Assembly: GCA_963755975.1 (NCBI GenBank)
Contig: CAVWLS010000016.1
Span: forward strand, 5,965 to 69,964
DNA length: 64,000 nucleotides
Direction of reading: 5' to 3'
Source of the DNA: an uncultured Acidobacteriota bacterium
GTDB lineage: Bacteria; Acidobacteriota; Terriglobia; Terriglobales; Acidobacteriaceae
Part shown: positions 40,961 through 50,705 of the stretch, in pieces
Layout of the letters: each line of letters begins with the position of its first letter
Position numbering within the stretch: the first letter of the stretch is position 1
Notes under the pieces: generated by a model
Database searches by the model: none
What the model was told of the DNA's origin: nothing
Seen by the model: only the letters and a program-made list of their open reading frames with translations
Made by a program: the position numbers and the translations under genes

Positions 40961-42651
40961 CTACTGCGATCCGCCCGTTGAGAAGACCTGCTCGACCGAC
41001 CGGTCCTGCACCTTGTAGATCGCAAATTGCTGATCGGTCTTTCCGGCCAGCTCGAAAATCAGCTCCGCGCGGTTGTCCGCGTCCGTATCGACCGCATCGA
41101 CAAGCTGCATCCGCGGGATCACATCGAGCTGAGCTTCGCTCGTCACCTGCTTGAACAGGATCTGCGGCACGCCGTTGAAGTCCGGCTCGGCGATGATGGT
41201 CACGTATTTCGTCTGATCGCCCTGCCCGGTCTTCGCTGAAAAGACCAGCGTTGCCCCGCCGCCGAACGACAGCTCATAAGCCTTGAACTGCTCGTCCGCC
41301 AGGGCTGGCAGAGCCGGCTTCGACGCGGCCTTGTGCGCCGGATGACCCGCCGTCCCCGTCGCGCCAGCCGTCTTTGTGCCGGCCGTTTTCGCAGGAGTCT
41401 TCGCAGGAGCCTTTGCCGCCCCAAACGTCTGTCCCGAGAGCGTGTCCTTCAGCGTATTCCCGGCCAGCAGATTCTTCGCCACGTCTTCGAGCGCCGCCTG
41501 CACCTTCTTCGCGTCCTCGGGATCGCTCCACGAATACACATAGGAGTGCGGCTCGCGCGTCCGCGCGTCCGATACCGCGGCCATCAGCTTCAGGTTTTGC
41601 GTGCCGCCGGCGGCCTTGGCAAGCTGCACCGTCGTCGGCACGTCGAGCGACTCCTGCTCCGCCGGCTTGCCATATCCCAGCCGCGGCCGGTCCGGGTCGA
41701 TATTCATCGTTGCCGAAACAGGAGCGCCGTTGTCATTGGGATTCGCCGTTGCTTCAGTATGCCGGTGCAGGGTGGGGCGGTCTGGATCAACGTCGGGTGC
41801 GTTGCTGGTTGTGCTCGATCCGGAGCCGGAACCTGAACCGCTTTGACTCGTCGAATCCGTGCGCCGGTGCAGTGTCGGCCGGTCTGGGTCAACGTCCGGT
41901 GCGTTGCTCGTTGTGCTCGATCCCGAGCCGGAAGCAGACCCGAACCAGAACTCGACCCGCTCTGCTCTCCCGTCGTCGAATCCGTTCGGCGGTGCAGCGT
42001 TGGCCCGCCAGAGTCCGTTGACGAGGAATTGCCTGCCGAGCCCGAGCCGCTGCCCGAGCTCGAACCCGACCCGGAACCCGAAGCCGTCCCCGATGTAGAC
42101 CCGGAGCTCGACCCGCTTCCAGACCCGGAGCCTGAATCCCCCGGCGGACGATGCGCAAAGTGCGGCTTGCTGTCATCGGTCCCGGCATCATGCACGAACT
42201 GCGGAAGCGTCTTCGACGGCTTCAGCCTCGCCACCTTCACCGGAGCCGGCCTCTGATACGTCCCGGTCGCCACCCACGAGCCGGACACATTCGCCGCCGC
42301 CTTCACGTCGAAGAGTCCCTTCGAGGAGCCCGCGTCCAGCAGCTCATACACCGTGCCCGACTCGACTGCCAGCGGCATCGGCTGCGCCATGTAGAGCCCG
42401 CCTGGCTGGTAGCGCTCCCCGTCCCACACCGCAACGGGAACCAGCCGCGCCGCGGTTGGTTTGGTGAGGTCGCCGGTGTATTCAAGCACCGCTGTCGCCC
42501 GAAGCACCGGAACCGGCGTCGCGCCGTCGTTCGGGTTCACTCTGCCCGGATACTGCGCGTGCGCCATGGTAAAAAATCCCGCCGCCAGCATCCATCCGGC
42601 AAAAACCGCGCCGCACCGCAGCCTCAATCCGTGCTCTCCAGCTCGTGACAT
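40961..42651 (-). pseudogene. Secreted repeat protein (Ser/Gly tract plus ~102-nt DPDRPTLHR repeats) split by one frameshift near 41936
   Basis: ORF 41704..42798 (signal MSRAGEHGLRLRCGAVFAGWMLAAGFFTMAHAQ) loses sense after ..SGSSSGSG. Shifting one base restores SASGSGSSTTSNAPDVDPDRPTLHRRTDSTSQSGSGSGSGSSTTSNAPDVDPDRPTLHRHTEATANPNDNGAPVSAT, which runs in frame into MNIDPDRPRLGYGKP.. of ORF 40961..41707. Confidence 0.7.
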
Positions 42652-42739
42652 ACTTCGCGCTCTAGGCAACAATCTATAGGACACTCTTATAGGACGCGGC
42701 GCAAGGCCGCGCGTGATTCTCTCCACCGAAGGAAGATTT

Positions 42740-43207
42740 ATGGAATTGCACGAGAAAGTTGCCGATTTCACGCTCCAGGACGACCAGGAAAAGACCATTC
42801 ACCTCAGCGACTTCGCCGGAAAACCTGTCGTCCTCTTCTTCTACCCCCGCGCCGATACCCCCGGCTGCACCATCGAGGCCTGCGGCTTCCGCGACACCTT
42901 CAAAAAGCTTCAGAACGCCGGTGCCGTCGTTCTCGGCATCTCCCGCGACACGCCTAAAGCCCAGGCCAAATTCAAAGCCAAGTACGACCTGCCGTATCCG
43001 CTCCTTGCTGATGTAGACGAAAAAGTCTGCAAACAGTTTGGCGTGCTGAAGGAAAAGAACATGTATGGGAAGAAAGTCATAGGCATCGAGCGGACGACGT
43101 TTCTCATCGGCCCCGATCAGACACTGGTCGAGATCTTCCCCAAGGTCAAGCCCGAGGGCCACGCCGAAGAGGTGCTGGCCGCGATCAAGGAGTGGAAGAA
43201 GGGATAA
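42740..43207 (+). CDS. bcp: Thioredoxin-dependent peroxiredoxin Bcp
   Basis: KPVVLFFYPRADTPGCTIEACGFRD..GISRDTPKAQAKFKAKYDLPYPLLAD. GGAAG lies 7 nt upstream of the ATG at 42740. Confidence 0.9.
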   Translation: MELHEKVADFTLQDDQEKTIHLSDFAGKPVVLFFYPRADTPGCTIEACGFRDTFKKLQNAGAVVLGISRDTPKAQAKFKAKYDLPYPLLADVDEKVCKQFGVLKEKNMYGKKVIGIERTTFLIGPDQTLVEIFPKVKPEGHAEEVLAAIKEWKKG

Positions 43208-43209
43208 AG

Positions 43210-43725
43210 CTATTCAGAAGCTACACACGAATGAATCGAAGCCTTGCGACAACCCTTTTGTGCATGCAATGAAGGCTCTCCACTTTCTTTGGCCGGATTT
43301 CGTCTCGAAGATGGGATGGTGCTCCTGGCCAAACATTCCGGAAGCAATGCCTCCAGTTCAGGAACGATCACTGACTGGGAATCTCCATAAATCACACCCA
43401 TGTCTTCGATGAGATCGGCGATAAGTCAAGAGCTGTTCGCAAGACTACCGTGGGTCATGCAGAAGATTTGGAAATGATCGGGGTGACCTACGATGCGATG
43501 CACCCGGACTTCATCGCCGCCTGCGAATTGGGCAAAACGGCAGCCAGTTGTGGGCGTTAAAGCTAAGCCAGGATTTCCCTCATGAGATTTTTCGGGTCTA
43601 TTACACCCAATATACGATCCAATAGTCAGGTTCCATAAGGTGCGATCGAGGACCGCCTTGACTGCCTGATGAAGCATCCATGCGGCGGAGTGACCGAAGA
43701 TACGCACTCGTCGCGACACTCGCAT
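43210..43725 (-). pseudogene. Hypothetical gene in a lower-GC patch, split by a single in-frame TGA (43426-43428)
   Basis: ORFs 43426..43725 and 43210..43401 share one frame (324 nt apart) and are separated only by TGA plus 8 sense codons (..GSLANSS*LIADLIEDMGVIYG..). No family recognised. Confidence 0.35.
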
Positions 43726-43807
43726 TTGGCGCTTCCCGTATCGGCTCGCAAATTTCCATCCATTGATTCTGCAATGGGAATGATCGTCCGATGGCCTTGT
43801 CGAAGGT

Positions 43808-44395
43808 TCAGGACGCAGGCGGCAGAGTGGTATCGCTGGCTACGAATACCTTGAGCGGTGTTCCCTCTTTGATATCGATCTCTTTGCCATGCTTGACTAG
43901 CCCGATTGGTCCAAAGAAGACGGTCAGCGCGACTGTGGTTCCCGTCGCGTCGTCTCCGGTCTTGTCCCTCGTTCCGCGAAGCATCACTCGAGTGTCGCCC
44001 ACCTTCAGGTAGTCCAGCCGGATGTTCAGTTCTCCGCCCCTGCCCATCATCCCGGCTCTTTTGGCGTGGCTGACCTCACCGACCGCTTTGTCCCCTGCCT
44101 TTGCAACCACGACACTATCGACGGTCAGGTCCTCGGCAAGGATCAGAGTGACCGGGTACTTCTTCCGTGGCGGTATGGGAAGAAAGATCTGTGCGAATTT
44201 GAGCTGCACATCTGGGCCTTCATTGAGCACAGCTTAGGTTTCTCCGGGGAGGGAACAGCGGCAGGGGCAGCAGGCACGGCAGCAGGCGAACGGCTGGACC
44301 GGAGTATCCTGCGGGGCCGGGCTTTGCTGCGCTAGAGCTATACCGGGATAGATCATCCCGAGGATTGCTAAGGTCCGAATTTTTGCTCGGTTCAT
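43808..44395 (-). pseudogene. Hypothetical secreted protein split by a single in-frame TAA (44234-44236)
   Basis: ATG at 44395 gives signal peptide MNRAKIRTLAILGMIYPGIALAQQ..; TAA; then, in the same frame, ORF 43808..44230 (..LKVGDTRVMLRGTRDKTGDD..). The Cys-rich stretch before the stop may hide compensating indels. Confidence 0.4.
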
Positions 44396-44489
44396 CGTTC
44401 CTCCTATTGCCTGTCTTGGCAGCAGTCATAAGATAAATACGGAGAACATGAGAAAAGTCCCCTCGAAAAGCTACCTTTTTTCACCGCAC

Positions 44490-44517
44490 GTTACTAAAGA
44501 GCTTTAAGGTAATCGGC
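44490..44517 (+). repeat. Left copy of a 28-nt imperfect direct repeat flanking the peroxidase/cytochrome operon
   Basis: gttactaaagagctttaaggtaatcggc compared with gttaccaaagagcgttatggtaatcggc at 46499-46526 (25/28 identical). Confidence 0.6.
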
Positions 44518-44592
44518 GAGTGAGGACACACTGACCCGTTATATCCCTGCGCGCTCTGTGCGTCTTCGGGCCAAGTTCATGCCTGCGTAGGG

Positions 44593-45156
44593 TCAGTCGA
44601 TCAACTTGTGCTGGTCCCGTGTGACCACAGGCGCCATTGTCTCGAATATGCCGTCATTCCTGATCAGTTTGTGAAAGAGAATCGCGCCGACATGCATCAG
44701 GATGGTGGCGAAGAAGGCAAAGGCCAGGTAGTGATGGGCACGCCACAACCACGTATGCAGGGTGGGACTCAACGGCAGGATGGGCGGAAGATGCACGCTG
44801 CCGAAGAGCACTACCGGATAAGACGCAGCGGACAACATACCCCATCCGATAAGCGGCATGCTGATCATCAGCGCATAGAGGACATACTGCGAGAGCTCTG
44901 CGCCCAGCTTGATTGGCTCCGGCAGGTCGGGCGGCAGCGCGGGCGCCTTGTAGATAAGGCGCAGCGTCAGGCGTATGAGCACGAGCACCAGGATGGCGAT
45001 ACCCAGCGGCTTATGAATCTGGACCAGTGTCAGGTATTTCGGAGTAACGGTCGAGACCATGCCGACGCCGATGAACAACATGGTCAGGATGCAGATTGCC
45101 ATGAGCCAGTGAAGCAGTCGCTGCGGCACGGTGAAGCGTTTTCGGCTGGTAGTCAT
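44593..45156 (-). CDS. Cytochrome b561-family membrane protein
   Basis: RFTVPQRLLHWLMAICILTMLFIG..IHKPLGIAILVLVLIRL..YVLYALMISMPLIGW..HHYLAFAFFATILMHVGAILFH (four helices with conserved His). Confidence 0.85.
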   Translation of the reverse strand: MTTSRKRFTVPQRLLHWLMAICILTMLFIGVGMVSTVTPKYLTLVQIHKPLGIAILVLVLIRLTLRLIYKAPALPPDLPEPIKLGAELSQYVLYALMISMPLIGWGMLSAASYPVVLFGSVHLPPILPLSPTLHTWLWRAHHYLAFAFFATILMHVGAILFHKLIRNDGIFETMAPVVTRDQHKLID

Positions 45157-46226
45157 TGCTTGGCTCCTGTCTCTTTACCCGGATAATAGGAGGCTTCGGC
45201 TGTGCGGCTGTTGTACGACCGGGAATAGGCGGCCGAGCGAGCGGCGGGGAAGGGGTCATCCGACGTCGTAATGCCGGCCGGCAACACGGTCGGGTCGAAA
45301 TTGATGTTGAGACACGGACCGGTAGGCTCGGGCTCAATTTGCTGCACGGTAAGCGTGCCAACCTCAACTGTGCGCCGATCCGGGGGCCAGGCCTTGTTAG
45401 GATCCGCCGTGGGATCTCCCGGGTTGGCGAGCGTCACCACCATTGTCCACCGTTGAGGTCCTGAAGCGACACGCTGGGTAATCTCCTGCTCCAGGGCATC
45501 GGGACCACGTTTGGCCAGATCCTCCGGTGAGATGGGTACAGGCTGCGCCGCAGGAACCCACGACCAGCGTACTGTATGTGTGGCGCCTGACCCATCGACA
45601 AACAGAAAGGAGTTGAGACTGTTGTAGCGCTCCTCCGCATAGCTCCCGGTCCAGGGAGCACTCTTGGCCCAACCGACGAAGGAGAGGAATCCCGGATGCG
45701 CGCCAATGAAGGTCTTCATCGCGTTTGGATCCTTGCTTCCGGAGGCAGTGAGCAGCTTATAGAAGTCTTGCGGAGTCGATACAGGGAAGATGGGCGCGTC
45801 GATCATGGCCATGCGCCATTCCTGCCCGTCCGGCGTCTTGATGCTTATCCCGATGCCCCGTACGCGCACCATGGCATCTGCGGCATTGGGGTCCGCAGTG
45901 GCCAGGTTAAAGCGTCCCACCACCGGATATTGGCCGGGAGCGAAAACAGTCGCTTTGGAAAGCTCCGACCCATTGCCGTTGGCCTCGAAGGTGCCGGTGA
46001 AACAGATGCCTTTCGCATGGTTACGGCGATGGCCCAACGCGGGGCCACCGGGCGGCGCCAGTCCGGCTACCAGTTTTTTGGGAGTCAGCCGATGCGGCGA
46101 GAGCCACCCAGCCGTATACGCGAAAGCAATTGCGGCTACACCGAGGACTGCGGCAATGAATAGCAGCGGTCCAAGCCTGAAAGCTCCTGGTGATGAAGTT
46201 CCGGGTGATTTGGATGACTCAACCAT
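45153..46226 (-). CDS. Catalase-related peroxidase (small catalase-family haem protein)
   Basis: HRRNHAKGICFTGTFEANGNGS..YPVVGRFNLATADPN..VRGIGISIK; N-terminal TM anchor; ATGA overlap with the downstream cytochrome b561 gene. Confidence 0.8.
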   Translation of the reverse strand: MVESSKSPGTSSPGAFRLGPLLFIAAVLGVAAIAFAYTAGWLSPHRLTPKKLVAGLAPPGGPALGHRRNHAKGICFTGTFEANGNGSELSKATVFAPGQYPVVGRFNLATADPNAADAMVRVRGIGISIKTPDGQEWRMAMIDAPIFPVSTPQDFYKLLTASGSKDPNAMKTFIGAHPGFLSFVGWAKSAPWTGSYAEERYNSLNSFLFVDGSGATHTVRWSWVPAAQPVPISPEDLAKRGPDALEQEITQRVASGPQRWTMVVTLANPGDPTADPNKAWPPDRRTVEVGTLTVQQIEPEPTGPCLNINFDPTVLPAGITTSDDPFPAARSAAYSRSYNSRTAEASYYPGKETGAKQ

Positions 46227-46498
46227 TCCAACCTCTTTTCGAAGTTACGAAACAGAAACTGTTGCGAGGTCTACGCAGCGAATCCCGGACTCGAATTCTA
46301 GTACATGGCACGGCTGCCCTGGGCTCGCAGCACATTTACAGCATTTCTTTCCAGGACCCACTGCCCGGCATGTGCCAGGACTATGTTGACTTGAGATTCT
46401 GCTAAAGCCATATAGTTCTCTTTTTTTCATTCGAGTGGCAGACCAGGCATGTCGGAATTCGCGCGACTGTGATTCCGGTCTTGGCATATCGTCGTCAA

Positions 46499-46526
46499 GT
46501 TACCAAAGAGCGTTATGGTAATCGGC
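46499..46526 (+). repeat. Right copy of the 28-nt imperfect direct repeat
   Basis: See 44490-44517. It lies about 60 nt upstream of the probable glycosylase ATG. Confidence 0.6.
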
Positions 46527-46586
46527 TGGGATTCCCGCGAAAACCGCGCCCTTCCGCCTTCCCACTGCATCTTCTACTTGAACTCA

Positions 46587-47192
46587 ATGCAGAAGCTCCT
46601 GCCGCGCAGTTTCTACCTCGACCCGCCTGACATTGTCGCCCGCAAGCTGCTTGGCAAGCTCATCCGCCGCCGTATCGACGGACACCGCGTTACCGGCCGC
46701 ATCGTCGAGATTGAAGCCTATCTCGGCCTCGACGACCCCGCCTCCCACTCCTACATCGGCAAGACCGCACGCAACGCCGTCCTCTTCGGGCCGCCCGGCT
46801 TCGCCTATGTCTACTTCATCTATGGGATGTATTACTGCCTTAATGTATCCTGCCAGCCCGACGGACATGCCGGCGGCGTCCTCATCCGCGCTCTCGAGCC
46901 CGTTGAAGGCCTCGACATCATGGCCCGCCTGCGCAAGCTGCCCAAGTCGGCCGCGCCACGCCTGCTCACCTCCGGCCCGGGACGCCTCTGCCAGGCTCTC
47001 GACATCACCCGCGCCGCCCACAACGGACTCGACGTCACCAGCCGCACTTCGGTCCTGCAAATCCTCGACGACGGCTACGAACCTGAGATGATCCGCTCCA
47101 CGCCCCGGATCGGCATCAATAAGGCAGTCGAGCATCCGCTGCGTTTTGTGATCGAGGGCAATGCGTTTGTAGCGGATAGCGAAGCTGGGTAA
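46587..47192 (+). CDS. DNA-3-methyladenine glycosylase (Mpg/AAG family)
   Basis: LPRSFYLDPPDIVARKLLGKLI..GRIVEIEAYLGLDDPASHSY.GKT.RN..LFGPPGFAYVYFIYGMYYCLNV. The last ~26 codons are duplicated at 48475-48552. Confidence 0.85.
   Translation: MQKLLPRSFYLDPPDIVARKLLGKLIRRRIDGHRVTGRIVEIEAYLGLDDPASHSYIGKTARNAVLFGPPGFAYVYFIYGMYYCLNVSCQPDGHAGGVLIRALEPVEGLDIMARLRKLPKSAAPRLLTSGPGRLCQALDITRAAHNGLDVTSRTSVLQILDDGYEPEMIRSTPRIGINKAVEHPLRFVIEGNAFVADSEAG
47103..47180 (+). repeat. Left copy of a direct repeat (65 nt perfect, ~78 nt near-perfect), the 3' end of the glycosylase gene
   Basis: ccccggatcggcatcaataaggcagtcgagcatccgctgcgttttgtgatcgagggcaatgcgtt is identical at 47103-47167 and 48475-48539. Confidence 0.9.
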
Positions 47193-47249
47193 ACTCGGAA
47201 TTATGAGTTCATTAACGGTAGGTTTGGAATGCAAAAGGGGAAATTCCGG

Positions 47250-48452
47250 ATGAAACTGCGCGTTAGCCTTCTGCTGGCTCCCATTCTGCTGAGCTAGATT
47301 GGTTCTGTCGCGATGGCGGCTGAAGGTTCGATATGGTGCTTTTGGGCGGAAAGGTCTATATAGCGGACGCGGACCGATAGACAACGCAATAGTACTTATT
47401 CGGAATGGTTGGATTGTCGCGGTTGGTAAACGGAGAGAGCTGAAGGTTTGGAAGTGGGTGCATGTGATAGATTGCATTGGTAAGGTAATGTCGTTGGATT
47501 CTGGAATAGTTATGTGTATTTTGAAATTGGATGGTAGGATATTTTGCATGTTTTGGTAGAGAAAATTGAAGCGCATATGCAGGAGATGCTGACTAGTTGG
47601 GGTTTCACGACGGTGTGGGATCTCGGTTCTGATTTTGACAACACACTGGCGCTTTGGCTTTGGATTGAGGTTGGAGAGATGCAGTAGTAAATTTTGATGG
47701 TAGGAGATATTTTCTCTAAGAATGGTTATTTGGTCTATCTTTCAGTAGAAATGTAGTTGTGGAAGCTGTCACTCTAGAAGAAGAGAAAGAGATGGCGTAG
47801 CAGTATTTGAAGATGGGTCTTGATGGTATCAAGCTCTTTACGGTGTATTTATGGGTGACAAGCTAGTGATAAATATGGATACCGCTATAGTGAGAGCGCG
47901 TCAGATGTGGCGCACGTAGAGGGTAAGAAGGTCTTTGCGTATAAGTAGAACAGAAAGGGGGTGGACAATGCGCTGGCTGGTGGTGTTGAAGTGCTGGCAC
48001 ACACTATTTAGAATGAAGGTAGTTTTACAGTAGATGAGTTGTAATGGATGAAGCAACAACACATTGCTTTTATTGAGACTCTGATTTTGTGGAAGAAGGT
48101 GGTTTCAGATATCGCTGTGGTAGATAAACTTGTGGTATCAGGAGTGGATGAGTTGAAGGTGTATTTCTCAGAGGGCGGCACAATCCTCTTTGGAACTGAT
48201 GTGGGCTTCCAGTACAAGTACGACACCGCAATGGAGTTTGAGTTTATGGGACGAGCGATGCTCTGGCGCGATATTCTCGTATCGCTAACCACCAATCACA
48301 GTGCGTTCTTCAAGGAGAAGGCGAAAGGTAGCGTAGAGAAGGATATGAACGACGATCTGGTAGTGCTCAATGCAGATCTAGCGAAAGATGTAAGGAATCT
48401 TGCAAAGGTGGTGTACAAGATGAGAGGAGGAAAGATAATATACTATGGTTAA
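47250..48452 (+). pseudogene. Amidohydrolase-superfamily gene relic, C-depleted and hypermutated, with many stops
   Basis: Signal MKLRVSLLLAPILLS then TAG; NAIVLIRNGWIVAVGKRRELKV..VHVIDC.GKV; HMQEMLTSWGFTTVWDLGSDFDNTLAL; C-terminal third intact (48048..48452: GGTILFGTDVGF..DLVVLNADLAKDVRNLAKVVYKMRGGKIIY). More than 10 in-frame TAG/TAA/TGA codons and at least one frame change. My hand count for 47401-48180 is about 86 C against about 252 G. Confidence 0.75.
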
Positions 48453-48474
48453 GGTAAATAGCAGTAGTAGCTCT

Positions 48475-48552
48475 CCCCGGATCGGCATCAATAAGGCAGT
48501 CGAGCATCCGCTGCGTTTTGTGATCGAGGGCAATGCGTTCGTAAGCGGATAA
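48475..48552 (+). repeat. Right copy of the glycosylase 3'-end direct repeat (reads PRIGINKAVEHPLRFVIEGNAFVSG*)
   Basis: See 47103-47180. Confidence 0.9.
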
Positions 48553-48614
48553 CGGGCATCCAACTTTTAGGCGTTAATTTATCCTGTTCACGGCAAACGC
48601 TTTCGAGGTCATGA

Positions 48615-50144
48615 GTGAAGCATGGACATACCAGCCCGACACCCAGTCCGCCCGATGGCGCCCCGCAGACAACGGTTGACCCCCGCTCTCACCTGGCCGC
48701 CATCGTCGACAGCTCCGATGATCCCATCATCAGCAAGGACCTGAATGGAACGATCATCAGCTGGAATCAGGCTGCCGTTCGCGTCTTCGGCTACCGCCCA
48801 GAGGAGATGGTCGGCCAGTCGATTCTTCGGCTGATTCCCCCAGAGTTGCGTCACGAAGAGGACGAAATTCTGCTTAAGGTGAGGGCCGGTGAACGAATCG
48901 ACCACTACGAAACGGTGCGCGTCAAAAAGAACGGCGAAAAGTTCCCCGTGTCCGTCACCATTTCTCCCATCCGGGATGTCTCCGGCCGCGTAGTCGCCGC
49001 CTCCAAGGTCGTTCGCGATATATCCGACCGCAGGAGAAGCGAGGAGAGCCGCTTCCGGCTGGCGGCCATCGTTGATTCTGCGGAGGACGCCATTGTCAGC
49101 AAAGACTTAAATGGCGTTGTTACAAGCTGGAATGAAGGGGCACACCGGATGTTTGGCTATACCCCGGATGAGATGGTCGGCCAGCCCATCCTGCGTCTCA
49201 TTCCTCCAGAGCTGCACTACGAAGAAGATCACATCCTGCGGACGCTGAGGGCCGGAGGCCGCCTCGATCATTACGAGACCACACGGATGAAGAAAAATGG
49301 CGAGACTTTCGAAGTCTCCGTCACCATTTCTCCTATCAGGGATGCGACCGGCCGGGTTGTCGGCGCTTCAAAGATTGCCCGCGATATCTCCGACCGCAAA
49401 CGCATCCAACAGCTTCTTGTCCAGTCTGAAAAACTCGCCGTCACCGGACGGATGGCAGCTGCGATCGCTCACGAGATCAACAATCCTCTCGAATCGCTGA
49501 TCAACCTTATTTTTCTGGCGCGGCAAAACAGCGCCGTAGGCGGCAAAGCTCATAACTATCTGCTGACCGCCGAGCAGGAGATGGAGCGCGTCTCCCACAT
49601 TGCCCGGCAGACGCTGGGCTATTATCGAGATACGAATTCGCCCGTCGACCTGTACCTCCATGAGCTGATCGATAATGTGTTGACCGTATATAACTCGAAG
49701 CTGCTTGCCGGCAAAATTTCTGTCGACACGCGCTTCAATGACCCGCAGAAGATCGCAGTCAGCAGGGGGGAAATGCTCCAGGTCTTCACGAATATTATTG
49801 CCAACGCCATGGATGCGATGCGTCGGGGAGGAGTGCTGCGTATCTCGACCCATAAGCATCAGAGTTCCGCAGGCGAGGGGATTGAGACCGTCATTCAGGA
49901 TAGCGGTGTCGGCATAGCCCAGGAGCACCTGGAAAAGGTTTTCGAACCCTTCTTCACGACCAAGGGCGACCTGGGGACCGGCATCGGCCTTTGGGTCGCC
50001 AGGCAGCTTATCGAAAACCGCGGAGGCAAGATCTCCCTCACCAGCAGCACAAAAGACGGAAACAGCGGCACAACCATTACGATTTTTCTCCCCTTTGCTG
50101 CTCCTGTCTCGCGCACTCCTAACGAAAATGCGTTATCACTTTGA
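48615..50144 (+). CDS. Sensor histidine kinase with two PAS domains
   Basis: Two PAS units (AIVDSS.DPIISKDLNGTIISWNQAA..FGY.PEEMVGQSILRLIPPEL.HEED), H-box AAIAHEINNPLESL, and N/G boxes in the HATPase domain. Confidence 0.88.
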   Translation: MKHGHTSPTPSPPDGAPQTTVDPRSHLAAIVDSSDDPIISKDLNGTIISWNQAAVRVFGYRPEEMVGQSILRLIPPELRHEEDEILLKVRAGERIDHYETVRVKKNGEKFPVSVTISPIRDVSGRVVAASKVVRDISDRRRSEESRFRLAAIVDSAEDAIVSKDLNGVVTSWNEGAHRMFGYTPDEMVGQPILRLIPPELHYEEDHILRTLRAGGRLDHYETTRMKKNGETFEVSVTISPIRDATGRVVGASKIARDISDRKRIQQLLVQSEKLAVTGRMAAAIAHEINNPLESLINLIFLARQNSAVGGKAHNYLLTAEQEMERVSHIARQTLGYYRDTNSPVDLYLHELIDNVLTVYNSKLLAGKISVDTRFNDPQKIAVSRGEMLQVFTNIIANAMDAMRRGGVLRISTHKHQSSAGEGIETVIQDSGVGIAQEHLEKVFEPFFTTKGDLGTGIGLWVARQLIENRGGKISLTSSTKDGNSGTTITIFLPFAAPVSRTPNENALSL

Positions 50145-50620
50145 GAGATCCGGTCATGTTCGAGATGATGTCGGGCTCCATTCAGGTAGGCGATGAATTA
50201 ACCCGGGAGCAGATCGAGGCTTCGTGGGGCAAGTCAGACTCGGAGGAGCTCGAGAAAAACCGGCCCAGGGTTCTGGTTGTCGACGATGAACGGCTGATCG
50301 CGGATACGATAACCGACATACTGGAGGGAGCCGGCTTTGACGCCATGGCTGCCTACGATGGCTGGAGCGCTCTGGAAACTGCCGCCAACGCTCACCCGGA
50401 TTATGTGCTCTCCGATATTTTGATGCCGACGATGAATGGCGTCGAGCTGGCGATCACGATGCAGAAGCTCTACCCGGCAGCCAGAATTCTCCTCTTCTCA
50501 GGACAGGCCGGAATCTCACAGATATTGCTGGACGGGCAGAAAAAGGGCTTTGAATTTAAGCTGATTCCGAAACCAATCCACCCCTTCAAGCTGATCGAGC
50601 TGCTCAAGAGCCGGCCATAA
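50141..50620 (+). CDS. Single-domain response regulator (receiver)
   Basis: RVLVVDDERLIADTITDILE..DYVLSDILMPTMNGVEL..LLFSGQ..KP. The TTG at 50141 overlaps the kinase stop; an alternative ATG lies at 50156. Confidence 0.8.
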   Translation: MRDPVMFEMMSGSIQVGDELTREQIEASWGKSDSEELEKNRPRVLVVDDERLIADTITDILEGAGFDAMAAYDGWSALETAANAHPDYVLSDILMPTMNGVELAITMQKLYPAARILLFSGQAGISQILLDGQKKGFEFKLIPKPIHPFKLIELLKSRP

Positions 50621-50705
50621 GAGGCGACTCGACGGGCTCCAGCGCCCCGTCCCCCTGTAGACCATTGACGACGGCTTCGAGCCTGGCATGATCCACCCTC
50701 ATGCT

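Noticed and set aside
47103-48552. A diversity-generating retroelement (template and variable repeat) as the explanation for the repeat plus mutated tract.
   Set aside because: No reverse transcriptase gene is present. The repeats are identical rather than differing at adenines. The mutated tract is the DNA between the repeats, not one of the repeat copies.
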